DNA from: Myxococcota bacterium
GTDB taxonomy: Bacteria; Myxococcota_A; SURF-8
Length of the DNA stretch: 64,000 nt
Direction of reading: 5' to 3'
NCBI GenBank assembly: GCA_965140415.1
Contig: OZ223209.1
Coordinates: 4,360,986 to 4,424,985, forward strand
This document shows positions 54,949-63,906 of the stretch, one piece after another (position 1 is the stretch's first letter; every line of letters begins with the position of its first letter). A program made the translations under genes and the position numbers. The notes under the pieces are model-generated. The model did no database searches and was not told where the DNA came from. It saw nothing but the letters and a program-made list of their open reading frames with translations.

Positions 54949-56162
54949 AACTTGGTGTTGGAGGAATCGGGTGCGGCCTCCGGTTTTGCGGCATCACTTG
55001 CAGCAGGAGGCAGCATTTTCGGTTCGTTTTCCACAGCCTTCGACGGAAGCGGCTCCGAAGGGCTCTTGTTGTAGCTGTCCAACAAAGCCTGGGTGGAAGC
55101 CGGAATTCCGCTTAACAATTTCACCTGGGCGGCCTCACCCGGCACAAGGTTGTCGCCGTCGTCTATTTTCACTCGGAATTTTCTGGCCCAGTAGATCAGC
55201 TTTCGAAATGCCAGCCGCTCGGGAATCGACGAATAGCTCGGGTCCACAAACACGACGGTTCCGCCTGCGGCATACTGCCCCGTACGATGCGGATAGATAC
55301 CGACACGTTCACCAAGGCGGGGAATGGTATCGGATGTTTCCGGCACATAAGCATCGATGAATTCGGCATCCGGTTCTTCAACCGTTAGAATCGTGGCAAA
55401 CGCCTCGACGGAATCGCCCGGCAGGTAGTTGATTTTCACCACGCGCCCCTCGCAGGGGGTGATGACCTTGATTCGGTTCATGCGGGTATCCAGGATTTTC
55501 AACCGCAAGCGAATTTCATGGATGCGGTCCATACGGTCACTCAACATCGACAGCACCACCCGCTCGCCTTCGCTCTCGCCCCAACTCGACCGGGACGTTT
55601 TCTTGGAAGAAGACGTTTTGTTTCTTTCCGTGCTCTGCGACTGAATGAAACGGGTCAGCGTATCGCGCCGGATGATCAAATTCGAAAGTTCCTCGGGACG
55701 CCCCAAGCCCTCTTTCTGCGCAGCCGTCAAGCGTTCGATTTCTCCATTGACTGCGGCCAGTTCCGCTTTCTTCATTTCAAGTTCCGAGCGCCACTGTCCC
55801 AAACGCGAGGCATCCGTTTCGCTTTGCAGACGGAGTTTTTCGTATTCCAACGAAAAGCGACTGCGGTCGGCTTCCATCATGTCTTCCAGGCGCACCAGTT
55901 CCTGCTCCAACCACTCTTTTTCCGCTTCCAGATCGGTGCTGTCCAACGTTACGAGCAATTGATTGGCCTGCACTTGATCGCCCAAGGTGACGAAAATGCG
56001 GTCGATGCGACCGGATTCCTGGGCGCTCAATTTATGGGTGCGCGTTTCCACTACACCGATGAAATCGATGTCGATTGCGAAAAAGTAGTACATCACGGCA
56101 GATAAAATCGCGATCAATCCCCAGGCTACCCAAAATACATTCTGTCTTTTTAAAGCTTTCAC
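54945..56162 (-). CDS. HlyD-family membrane fusion/adaptor protein
   Basis: It has an N-terminal TM helix, a lipoyl-like hairpin (ESGRIDRIFVTLGDQVQANQLLVTLD), a long coiled coil, a beta-barrel segment and a disordered Pro/Ala/Ser tail. GTG start with AGGTGA upstream. Confidence 0.8.
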   Translation of the reverse strand: MKALKRQNVFWVAWGLIAILSAVMYYFFAIDIDFIGVVETRTHKLSAQESGRIDRIFVTLGDQVQANQLLVTLDSTDLEAEKEWLEQELVRLEDMMEADRSRFSLEYEKLRLQSETDASRLGQWRSELEMKKAELAAVNGEIERLTAAQKEGLGRPEELSNLIIRRDTLTRFIQSQSTERNKTSSSKKTSRSSWGESEGERVVLSMLSDRMDRIHEIRLRLKILDTRMNRIKVITPCEGRVVKINYLPGDSVEAFATILTVEEPDAEFIDAYVPETSDTIPRLGERVGIYPHRTGQYAAGGTVVFVDPSYSSIPERLAFRKLIYWARKFRVKIDDGDNLVPGEAAQVKLLSGIPASTQALLDSYNKSPSEPLPSKAVENEPKMLPPAASDAAKPEAAPDSSNTKL

Positions 56163-56169
56163 GATTCAC

Positions 56170-56850
56170 CTACACTTCCACGGTTGTCTGTTGATTCAGG
56201 TACGACAACCCTCGGATACCTTCGATTTTTTCAAGTTCAGCCAACAACCGGTCGCAGTCGCGTTCATTATTGAAGCGCACCTGGTAGGCATAATCCATCA
56301 TTTCGCCCTGCGCCACGCTCCGCTTGGTAACCAATGCAAAATGACTTGGTATGCTTCCGATGATTTCGGCTACCTTTGTGGAACTGTCATTTCCGGAAGG
56401 CGCTTGAAAACGAACCAGGCCGTCGTGATTGCGTCGCTGCCCGAAAGAAGTGGCCTGCATGATGACCGCCGCAAAGGCAAACATGGCGGCTCCGACAACG
56501 GCGGTGTGATAACTCTGCACACCGCAAGCAACACCGACACCCAGAGACGCGAATAAAAACACCAGATCGCGTGGGTCGCGCAAGTTGGTTCGGAAACGGA
56601 TAATCGCCAGCGATCCGACAATACCGATGCCGCGTGCGACGTTATCACCGATGGCGATCATGATCAGACTGGCGATCATGCTGCCTAAAACCATTGCCTG
56701 TAGTAAATTGCTCGACCAGGACAAGCCTTTGAAGGTTTTTTCGTATACCTTGGCCAACAAGCTGGACAACAAAAAGGCCAGTAATAATGACAGCATCGTG
56801 TGATGCCATTCCAATTTTACCGAACCGAAGCTGAGCAATAAACTTTCCAT
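56170..56850 (-). CDS. DUF4956-domain membrane protein
   Basis: About four TM helices carry the hallmark GIVGSLAIIRFRTNLRDPRDLVFLFASLGVGVACG block. A soluble C-terminal domain follows. Confidence 0.8.
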   Translation of the reverse strand: MESLLLSFGSVKLEWHHTMLSLLLAFLLSSLLAKVYEKTFKGLSWSSNLLQAMVLGSMIASLIMIAIGDNVARGIGIVGSLAIIRFRTNLRDPRDLVFLFASLGVGVACGVQSYHTAVVGAAMFAFAAVIMQATSFGQRRNHDGLVRFQAPSGNDSSTKVAEIIGSIPSHFALVTKRSVAQGEMMDYAYQVRFNNERDCDRLLAELEKIEGIRGLSYLNQQTTVEV

Positions 56851-56906
56851 CTTCTTCTCGCTTTTCTTCCATGCACAACTTCAGGCATAGCCGTGCAAGC
56901 TACCGA

Positions 56907-57563
56907 TTACATCCAACGCTCCAGATGGGAACGCGCCTGCTTTATGTACAAGGGATTTCCAGTCGCCGCGAAGCCGTTGACCTCCTCAAACGGGAAGTTC
57001 TGGGCTGCAATCGACCCCATTGCAAAAATATCGTCTATAACACCCTTAAAATCGGCATCAAAGACAGAATCATCACCTTTTAAAACCGCCACACGAAAAT
57101 TGCCTATCCCCTGGCTTGAAGATTCTCCGCAATCGGAAACATCAGCTTCCCACTCTATCCACTTTTTCAAATCACCAAGGCGACCGACATCCGGTTTCAT
57201 ATAGGTATAATGGTTAGCATCCGTTTGAAGTGCAGTCCAGGACAAAATGACTTGAAGCGCTCCAATTAGATCCTGAATTTCTTGCACTTGCTTTTCACGG
57301 AAGGAAAAAGTGGGATGATCCATATCTTCGGGAAAACACTCCCGAATCGTGCCGATGACGATCAGCGAAACGACCTTTTGGATAATTATTCGACGTATTG
57401 TGTGACTATTCAACACGAAGGGTTCCATAATCTTTCTCATCCAGCTCCAACACCCGTATTCACAGGCAATTCTTGCATCGACACTGCAACCACCGCCATC
57501 TTTGCAAAAATAAATATACTCACCTAATCTTAAGACTTTCTTAAGCATTGTTAGATATATCAT
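56907..57563 (-). CDS. Hypothetical protein in a visibly AT-rich segment
   Basis: A 218-aa ORF with no recognised motif. The start is uncertain (several in-frame Met). There is no signal peptide. Confidence 0.4.
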   Translation of the reverse strand: MIYLTMLKKVLRLGEYIYFCKDGGGCSVDARIACEYGCWSWMRKIMEPFVLNSHTIRRIIIQKVVSLIVIGTIRECFPEDMDHPTFSFREKQVQEIQDLIGALQVILSWTALQTDANHYTYMKPDVGRLGDLKKWIEWEADVSDCGESSSQGIGNFRVAVLKGDDSVFDADFKGVIDDIFAMGSIAAQNFPFEEVNGFAATGNPLYIKQARSHLERWM

Positions 57564-57631
57564 ATTTTGATAATGTTTTTTTAACGATTCAATAATAATT
57601 GTTGAATCCTCGGACTAAGGAACGGCTCGCC

Positions 57632-58300
57632 ATGACAGATACGATTCTCCTTATCGAAGATGATGAGGAACTGGGCAGTCAAATCGTCGAACATCTTCGG
57701 AAAGCCGGATTCTGGACGATCTGGAAGAAGGAAGGAGAACGGCTGTTAGAGAATGCTGCACCCGAATTCTCGCTGCTGATTCTAGACTTGATGCTGCCTG
57801 GAACCTGGGGGATCGACATTCTCAAGCATCTGCGTAGCTACTCGGACGTTCCCGTTCTGGTATTGAGCGCGCGCAATCAAACGGCAGACAAAGTCCGGGC
57901 ATTTAGACAAGGCGCGGATGATTACATGACGAAGCCTTTCTGGCCGGAAGAGTTGATCGAGCGCGTTCGGGCGAGATTACGTCGTCCGGTCATGCAAAAA
58001 GAAGGACCGGTGGAAATCGATTCACTGACCATCGATGTCGCAAGACGCGAGATTACGAAAGAGGACAAGCAGATCGACTTGACCCGTGTCGAATTTGACC
58101 TGCTCGCGGCCTTGGTCCACAGACGCGGTGAAGCGGTGACCCGGCGTTGGCTGGTGGACAACATTCTCGATCCGGATAAGGACGGCACCGAGCGCACACT
58201 GGACGTTCACATTTCGCATCTCAGAAAGAAACTGACCGTCGATAACCTGATCGAGACCGTTTGGGGAATCGGCTACCGCCTGAAAACGGAAAAGAATTAA
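57632..58300 (+). CDS. OmpR-family response regulator
   Basis: Receiver motifs are ILLIEDDEEL, LLILDLMLPG and ADDYMTKPF. The winged-helix region is LTRVEFDLLAALVHRRGEAVTR...VHISHLRKKL...IETVWGIGYRL. Confidence 0.95.
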   Translation: MTDTILLIEDDEELGSQIVEHLRKAGFWTIWKKEGERLLENAAPEFSLLILDLMLPGTWGIDILKHLRSYSDVPVLVLSARNQTADKVRAFRQGADDYMTKPFWPEELIERVRARLRRPVMQKEGPVEIDSLTIDVARREITKEDKQIDLTRVEFDLLAALVHRRGEAVTRRWLVDNILDPDKDGTERTLDVHISHLRKKLTVDNLIETVWGIGYRLKTEKN

Positions 58301-59913
58301 TGACCCTGCGCCTTCGCCTAGCTTTGACCACCCTGTTGGTGGGACTTCCCGTACTGATCGGGTTCTGGGTCGTGCAGTATTACTTTGAGGAACGTTTAGA
58401 CAAAGAATCCATTTCCCAGTTCGTACTGGCGTACATGCAAAGCGGGGGCCGTGAAGAGTGCGAAGCGAATCCCGCTTTGTGGAACGGTGGAAAGCTTGGC
58501 CGTATGCCTTCGATGTCCGATAATCACCCCCCCGAGATGCCGATGAATCAAGACGACCCTGCCGACCCATGGAACCGGGACCCCGGCGGCGGACCTCCGG
58601 GCGATATGCCTCCGAATCGAGACGACAGAAATCCGCCTCCACACAAAATGGATGGGATTTACGCCTATAACGCAGGGTATCAGTCCAGCAATAAAGACGC
58701 GCCTTCATTGGCCACAGAATTGACCGAACAGATCGAAGCAGGAGACAGCGTCGCCCAGCGCCTGATCGAAGATAAGCGGATGCAGTGCCGCCCGCCAAAC
58801 TGCAGGCAGATTTTTTTTAGACCACATCCACCGAACGGACCAAAGAAGCCCATGCTGCGCGAAGTGCTGATCCGCATGCCGTGGAACGAGGGTCCCTGCG
58901 CACGCATCCTGGTTCGACGTCCCGCGCCGCCGTTTATCCATCGCGCAGGCCGCATCATTCCCACCACTCAAATCTGGCTGCTTCCGTTTTTCGCCGTGCT
59001 GGCGGCGCTGCTGTTTTCCATCGGTCCGGTCGTAAAACGGATTCGTTTACTGACGCTCGAAGTTCGCGAATTCGCCAAGGGACAATACAAACCGACGGTA
59101 ACAGTAAAAGGAAAAGACGAAATCGGCGAACTGGCTCGCGCTTTCAAAGTCGCTGGGGAAGAAATCCGTACGCAGATCGCCAAACAGGAACTTCGGGAAC
59201 GGACACTGCGCAACTTCCTTGAAAACACCACCCATGACGTCATGATCCCGCTGACGGTATTGCAAGGCCACTTAAGCGACATGATGGAGCGCACACACGG
59301 CGCTGAAGAAATGGATGCAGACCTGGTCAGTTCCGCCATGAACGAGGCGCAATACATCTCCTCCCTGATCGAAAATCTGTTGATTGCGGCAAAGATCGAA
59401 GAGGGTGAACCGAGCCTGCACTGGACACAAGTCAACATGAATTCGTTGATCGAGCGAGTGATCGGACGCCATCAGCCGATCGCCCGGCCCAAGCTGGTTA
59501 CGCTTGAATATGCGGTTCCCGAAATACCGTTGATTGTAGACGGAGACATTACCTTCATCGAACAGGCTGTGAATAATATTGTTTACAATGCAATCAATCA
59601 CAATCTGCCGCAGGGCCATGTGGCCGTGGTACTGGAACCGGAAGGAGCAGATGACTTCATATTGCGTGTTATCGACGACGGTCCCGGCATTGCCGAAGAA
59701 GAACTTTCCAGACTTGTAGACCGCTGGTTTAGAGGTAACGCCGCGCGAAGTCGCGGAACGAAAGGCCAGGGCCTGGGTCTGAGTATCGCCTATCAACTTG
59801 CCAAACTGCACCATTGGAGTTTCGAGCTGAGTCGTTCCTCTTTCGGAGGATTGCAGGTCGAACTTGCAGGAAAACGCATAAGTAACGAGGATCACTCCAG
59901 CAATTCCGAATAG
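58300..59913 (+). CDS. Sensor histidine kinase (HAMP-HisKA-HATPase) with a proline-rich periplasmic domain
   Basis: The ATG overlaps the regulator stop (TAATG). There are two TM helices. The H-box is NTTHDVMIPLTVL, the N-box NAINHN, and the G-boxes DDGPGI and GQGLGLSIA. Confidence 0.9.
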   Translation: MTLRLRLALTTLLVGLPVLIGFWVVQYYFEERLDKESISQFVLAYMQSGGREECEANPALWNGGKLGRMPSMSDNHPPEMPMNQDDPADPWNRDPGGGPPGDMPPNRDDRNPPPHKMDGIYAYNAGYQSSNKDAPSLATELTEQIEAGDSVAQRLIEDKRMQCRPPNCRQIFFRPHPPNGPKKPMLREVLIRMPWNEGPCARILVRRPAPPFIHRAGRIIPTTQIWLLPFFAVLAALLFSIGPVVKRIRLLTLEVREFAKGQYKPTVTVKGKDEIGELARAFKVAGEEIRTQIAKQELRERTLRNFLENTTHDVMIPLTVLQGHLSDMMERTHGAEEMDADLVSSAMNEAQYISSLIENLLIAAKIEEGEPSLHWTQVNMNSLIERVIGRHQPIARPKLVTLEYAVPEIPLIVDGDITFIEQAVNNIVYNAINHNLPQGHVAVVLEPEGADDFILRVIDDGPGIAEEELSRLVDRWFRGNAARSRGTKGQGLGLSIAYQLAKLHHWSFELSRSSFGGLQVELAGKRISNEDHSSNSE

Positions 59914-59969
59914 CAACGGCGAGCTTAATTTTCACTGAAAAAATTAATTCGTTTGAGTGCGTTTAGTGC

Positions 59970-59998
59970 TTGCAAATCCATTTTCGACTAGATATAGT
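59970..59998 (+). promoter_or_regulatory. Candidate sigma70-type promoter TTGCAA-N17-TATAGT
   Basis: TTGCAA at 59970-59975 and TATAGT at 59993-59998 with exactly 17-nt spacing, upstream of the radical SAM gene. This is a pattern match only. Confidence 0.4.
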
Positions 59999-60134
59999 AA
60001 GGGTGAGGGTGACATTAACCACCCGTCGGGGAGCTTTACATCATTGATTTTGTTTTCTGGTTTTGTTCCTTGCATTTTCGTGTTCGATGAATTTTGAAGT
60101 CCTGACGGGTATCGCAACAAGCGCGGGCGCTACC

Positions 60135-61169
60135 ATGGACGAGGTCATTGGCAGAAATTCCGAGGGGTTGCAGCATTCTAGGCGAAGGGAAGCTGTCAGC
60201 AGCACCACTTCGAACCAATTATCTATCAATGAAATTCTAAATCTTCTTCACACTCCCTTAGACATTTTAGAACTGCAAGCTGAAGAAATCACAAGAGATC
60301 AATTTCAGGGGCGGGTAATGCCGATGGCGTCCATCTCGTTCAGCAACTACTGCAAATTGAATTGCTCTCATTGTCGCTATCGCAAAGATCATCAGGAATT
60401 ACAACGATTTCGGATGATTCCGGAAAACATCATCAACACAGCAAAACAAGTTGTCAACCAGGGAACGAGCCGCATTCTGCTGCGCAGCAGCTACGATGTC
60501 GCCTACTCCAGCGAAATGCTCAGTTCCATCATTCGAGAGATCTCTTCTCTGGGTCCGGTATCGGTACATGCTCAATTCGGAACGAGACCTCATAAAGATT
60601 ATAAAGACTGGAAAAAAGCCGGCTTGTACGGATACGCCTTACGTTTTGTGACCAGTTCCAAAAAGCTGATGCGCTGGCTTTGCGACCGTGACTATCCTGC
60701 ACAACCGGAAGTTGATTTAGGTGTTTTGAATCGACTCGGTGTTTTTTTGGCCTGTGGCTCCACTCTTGGGCTGCCACGCCAGAGTTTGGAAGACATTGCA
60801 ACGGATCTTGAACTTTTCGCCAGACATTCCGTGGACATGCTGATCCTTACGCCCTTCACTCCGCATCCCATGACACCGCTTGCACTGGCTCCGGCAATGC
60901 CCTCCGGTCTGTATCGAAGAGTGATGGCCGTCGCTCGTATTCTGATTCCGGAAGTGGATATCTTAGTCAGCGAGAACGCCATAGCCAGCCGCATTGACAT
61001 GGAAGACCTGCTGCGCATCGGAGCGACTTCCATTCTGATCAATGCCCTCCCAAACGTGTATGAAGACCGGGATGTACGCACCTCGTATCGACAACAGGCG
61101 GTTACCTTTAAAGATCGCCTCGATTTTTATACCGCCCGAATCGAAAGCGCCGGTTTTACATTCGTCTAA
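60135..61169 (+). CDS. Radical SAM protein, HydE/BioB/PylB-like
   Basis: ISFSNYCKLNCSHCRYRKDH carries the CX3CX2C cluster motif in the context typical of HydE/BioB-type enzymes, preceded by the LSINEILNLL...L..AEEITRDQF helix. The start is uncertain: ATG 60135, or the upstream TTG listed at 60063. Confidence 0.75.
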   Translation: MDEVIGRNSEGLQHSRRREAVSSTTSNQLSINEILNLLHTPLDILELQAEEITRDQFQGRVMPMASISFSNYCKLNCSHCRYRKDHQELQRFRMIPENIINTAKQVVNQGTSRILLRSSYDVAYSSEMLSSIIREISSLGPVSVHAQFGTRPHKDYKDWKKAGLYGYALRFVTSSKKLMRWLCDRDYPAQPEVDLGVLNRLGVFLACGSTLGLPRQSLEDIATDLELFARHSVDMLILTPFTPHPMTPLALAPAMPSGLYRRVMAVARILIPEVDILVSENAIASRIDMEDLLRIGATSILINALPNVYEDRDVRTSYRQQAVTFKDRLDFYTARIESAGFTFV

Positions 61170-61499
61170 GTAGCTGAATCAAGGTTCTAATCCACAAGAC
61201 CCACCATCAAGGAAGGGATTCCCTTCCGCCTTACGTCACCTGCCACGCATCATATAGCGGTGGGAGGCATGGGCGAACCGTAGGTTGCCCATGCGCCGGA
61301 ACAAGAACACGGGCAAGCTCCATTCCATTCCGCTTAGCCACGTGCCACCCTTTGCCATGGCCACCCGTCCGGGGAAGGGAAAAGGAAGGTCAAGCTTTCG
61401 CAACCCCACTCGAAATCAACAGATTCATTCGGCAAGGTTGCCTTTTTCTAAAACAACCCGCATAATCGAAGCAGACTTTCCATTATTGCAAGGCAGGTG

Positions 61500-62939
61500 A
61501 TGGACGTGCGAACGAAAACTCTGATACTTCTCTTTGCATGGATGCTGCTGGCATATGGCTGCGGCTCGGATACGGACAACACACCGGGAGATTCGGATTC
61601 ACTGACTCCCGCCGATCAGGACTCCGATGTGATCTGGCCACCGGATGGCGATACGGATGACGATACGGATCAAGCCGGTTGCGAACAACTGGGCTGCGAC
61701 AATGGCCGCTATTGCGACCCGCAGGACGGCTTATGCAAGGTCTGCACGGAAGATCGTCAGTGCGGCGACCCGGACCCGTTGACCGGCATTACGCCGCTTT
61801 GTCTGGATGGCGTGTGCAAAGATCTGGTCTGCTCCGGCGTGATCGAACCGGTTGCTCCGGAAGACGGCGCCTCGTTGCCGGTCGATCCGCTAGCCCCTAG
61901 TTTCAACTCCCAAGGGATTCTTTCGGTAGAAAACCGCCTGGTTTTCCCGATTGGCGTGCAGGGCATACACCCGGATAAATACGAACAGGTCAAAGGCTGG
62001 GGTGCGAACCTGGTTATCAGCAATCGCGATTGCTGCCTGGATGTACGCGACTACAACTACCAGCTTGACACCGTGCTGGGTGATTTGGCCGGTGCTGGCG
62101 AGGCCGATCTGTTTGCGGCGGTACGACCGATCTGGCCGCCGGATTCGCTGAATCATCCCGATCAACTCTGGCTGATGAAATCGGTCCGCAATCGGAACAA
62201 TCGGGTGCCGCTGCTCTTCTGGATGGGTGCGGATCGACCCGAAGCCGCCGGATTTACTTCCAATGTGGATGAGTTGGCCGATTTCGTTCGGGATTCCACC
62301 ACCACCCATAAACCCTTCGCGGTGGCCGAAGATCCAGGCTTTGCCGTGGAAGCGGTTGAATCGTCTGCCGATTTATTGATCGCCACCATCGATCCGACGT
62401 CGGTTGCACCGGGTGCAGAAATCGCACGTGTTCGCGTGAAAACCGACAAGCCGATCTGGGCCAGAATTCCGGCTGCCGGTTTGTCCGCGCAGCGTCTTTA
62501 CGCTTTAGCCATTCACTGTCTGGCGGCGCAGGTCACCGGACTGATTTTCGAAGTGGACAACGAAGATTCCGCCTCTGCCATTCCCGATGCAGCGGCTCTA
62601 CAATCCGCAATTCGGAAACTGCGTGACCGCACATCCTATTGGCTCTCGCAGCCGGTCAGCGGCCAGGTTGACGTGTCGCCGCAGTCGCCGGAAATCGGGC
62701 TACACGTCATTCACTATGAAGGTAAAGTCTGGCTGGCAACGCTGGTCAATACCGGCACGACGGAGAAAACGCTAACCGTTACCTTGCAGACGGAAAAGCT
62801 CCCCTATTGCTATGGCGTGGAAGAAGAAGATCAACTGCTGCATCTGAACAAGGTGAAGGAACAAGAGATAATCTTACCTGCTAATGGCGTGCAGGTACTG
62901 CAATTCAGCGAAGCCGCCTCTCCCGGTGAGAGCCGCTAA
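61500..62939 (+). CDS. Cys-rich/DGD lipoprotein with an unassigned C-terminal domain
   Basis: MDVRTKTLILLFAWMLLAYGC carries the lipobox. It has PPDGDTDDDTD and Cys modules (CDNGRYCDPQDGLCKVC, CLDGVC). I do not recognise the remaining ~330 aa. Confidence 0.7.
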   Translation: MDVRTKTLILLFAWMLLAYGCGSDTDNTPGDSDSLTPADQDSDVIWPPDGDTDDDTDQAGCEQLGCDNGRYCDPQDGLCKVCTEDRQCGDPDPLTGITPLCLDGVCKDLVCSGVIEPVAPEDGASLPVDPLAPSFNSQGILSVENRLVFPIGVQGIHPDKYEQVKGWGANLVISNRDCCLDVRDYNYQLDTVLGDLAGAGEADLFAAVRPIWPPDSLNHPDQLWLMKSVRNRNNRVPLLFWMGADRPEAAGFTSNVDELADFVRDSTTTHKPFAVAEDPGFAVEAVESSADLLIATIDPTSVAPGAEIARVRVKTDKPIWARIPAAGLSAQRLYALAIHCLAAQVTGLIFEVDNEDSASAIPDAAALQSAIRKLRDRTSYWLSQPVSGQVDVSPQSPEIGLHVIHYEGKVWLATLVNTGTTEKTLTVTLQTEKLPYCYGVEEEDQLLHLNKVKEQEIILPANGVQVLQFSEAASPGESR

Positions 62940-62963
62940 CGGATCGAAAACAGGAGGAAAAGC

Positions 62964-63731
62964 ATGTTCGAATCCATCGTGCGAAAATTCTTGTATTATC
63001 CGTTGGTTTTAAGACCGGATGCTCCCCTGCCCGCTTACGCGCGCGATGCCCGGGAAATATTTTGCGAAGCATCAGACGGAAACACGATCCACGGCCTGTA
63101 TTGGCCCGCACGATCGGGACGACCGACGATCCTGTTTTTGCATGGCAATGCACAGTCCGTGTACGAATGGGCGCTGATTCGTGAAGAGTTGGAACCGCTG
63201 GATTGTGGCCTGTTGCTGATCGACTATCCCGGCTATGGAAAAAGCAGCGGACGCCCAAGAGAAGAATCCCTTTACGCCGCCGGAGAAGCCATGCTGAACT
63301 GGCTGTTGGAGGAACAGTCCATTTCTGAAAACCAGTTGATTCTGTTCGGGAAATCCTTGGGCGGCGGCGTTACGACGAAACTGGCTCCCGGTCGTTGCTT
63401 ACTTGGCGTGGTACTGGAATCCACTTTCCGTTCGATTCCTTCGGTAGTGGACAAACTCATTCCCATGCTGCCTGCGGATGCCGTATTCAAATCCGAACGC
63501 TATGCTTCGATAGAACGAATCGACCACATCACAGCGCCGGTGCTGGTCGTTCATGGCGAAGAAGACGAACTGATTCCACTGGCGGAAGGCCAGGCCTTAT
63601 TCGAAAAAGCCAACCCACCAAAAGACTTCTACCTTGTGCCCGGAGCCGGTCACAACGACGTGTCCATGATTGCAGGTGCCGCCTATGGAAAACGCCTGCG
63701 GCAGTGGCTGGACTCCATTTTCCCAGAATAA
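62964..63731 (+). CDS. Alpha/beta-fold hydrolase (BEM46/ABHD13-like)
   Basis: HGNA oxyanion region, nucleophile elbow GKSLGG, the acid region VVHGEEDELIP and the His region PGAGHND. Confidence 0.85.
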   Translation: MFESIVRKFLYYPLVLRPDAPLPAYARDAREIFCEASDGNTIHGLYWPARSGRPTILFLHGNAQSVYEWALIREELEPLDCGLLLIDYPGYGKSSGRPREESLYAAGEAMLNWLLEEQSISENQLILFGKSLGGGVTTKLAPGRCLLGVVLESTFRSIPSVVDKLIPMLPADAVFKSERYASIERIDHITAPVLVVHGEEDELIPLAEGQALFEKANPPKDFYLVPGAGHNDVSMIAGAAYGKRLRQWLDSIFPE

Positions 63732-63906
63732 GCGGATTAGCTGATTTCCTTTTACGTAGAACTGACTTGTCAACTCTGAGATGTAAACTTTTATTTGGAA
63801 TTGTTTTTATTTAGGGAAGATTTCAGGTTCAATTGTTCTCTTTTAAGCGGGGACGGAGTTGTGGACAAACAATCGGTTCTTCGGAAAAAAGGGAGAAAAG
63901 CGGGTC

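Noticed and set aside
58022-59916. Minus-strand ORFs 58022..58798 and 59272..59916
   Set aside because: They are antisense to the response regulator and histidine kinase genes, both identified by canonical motifs.
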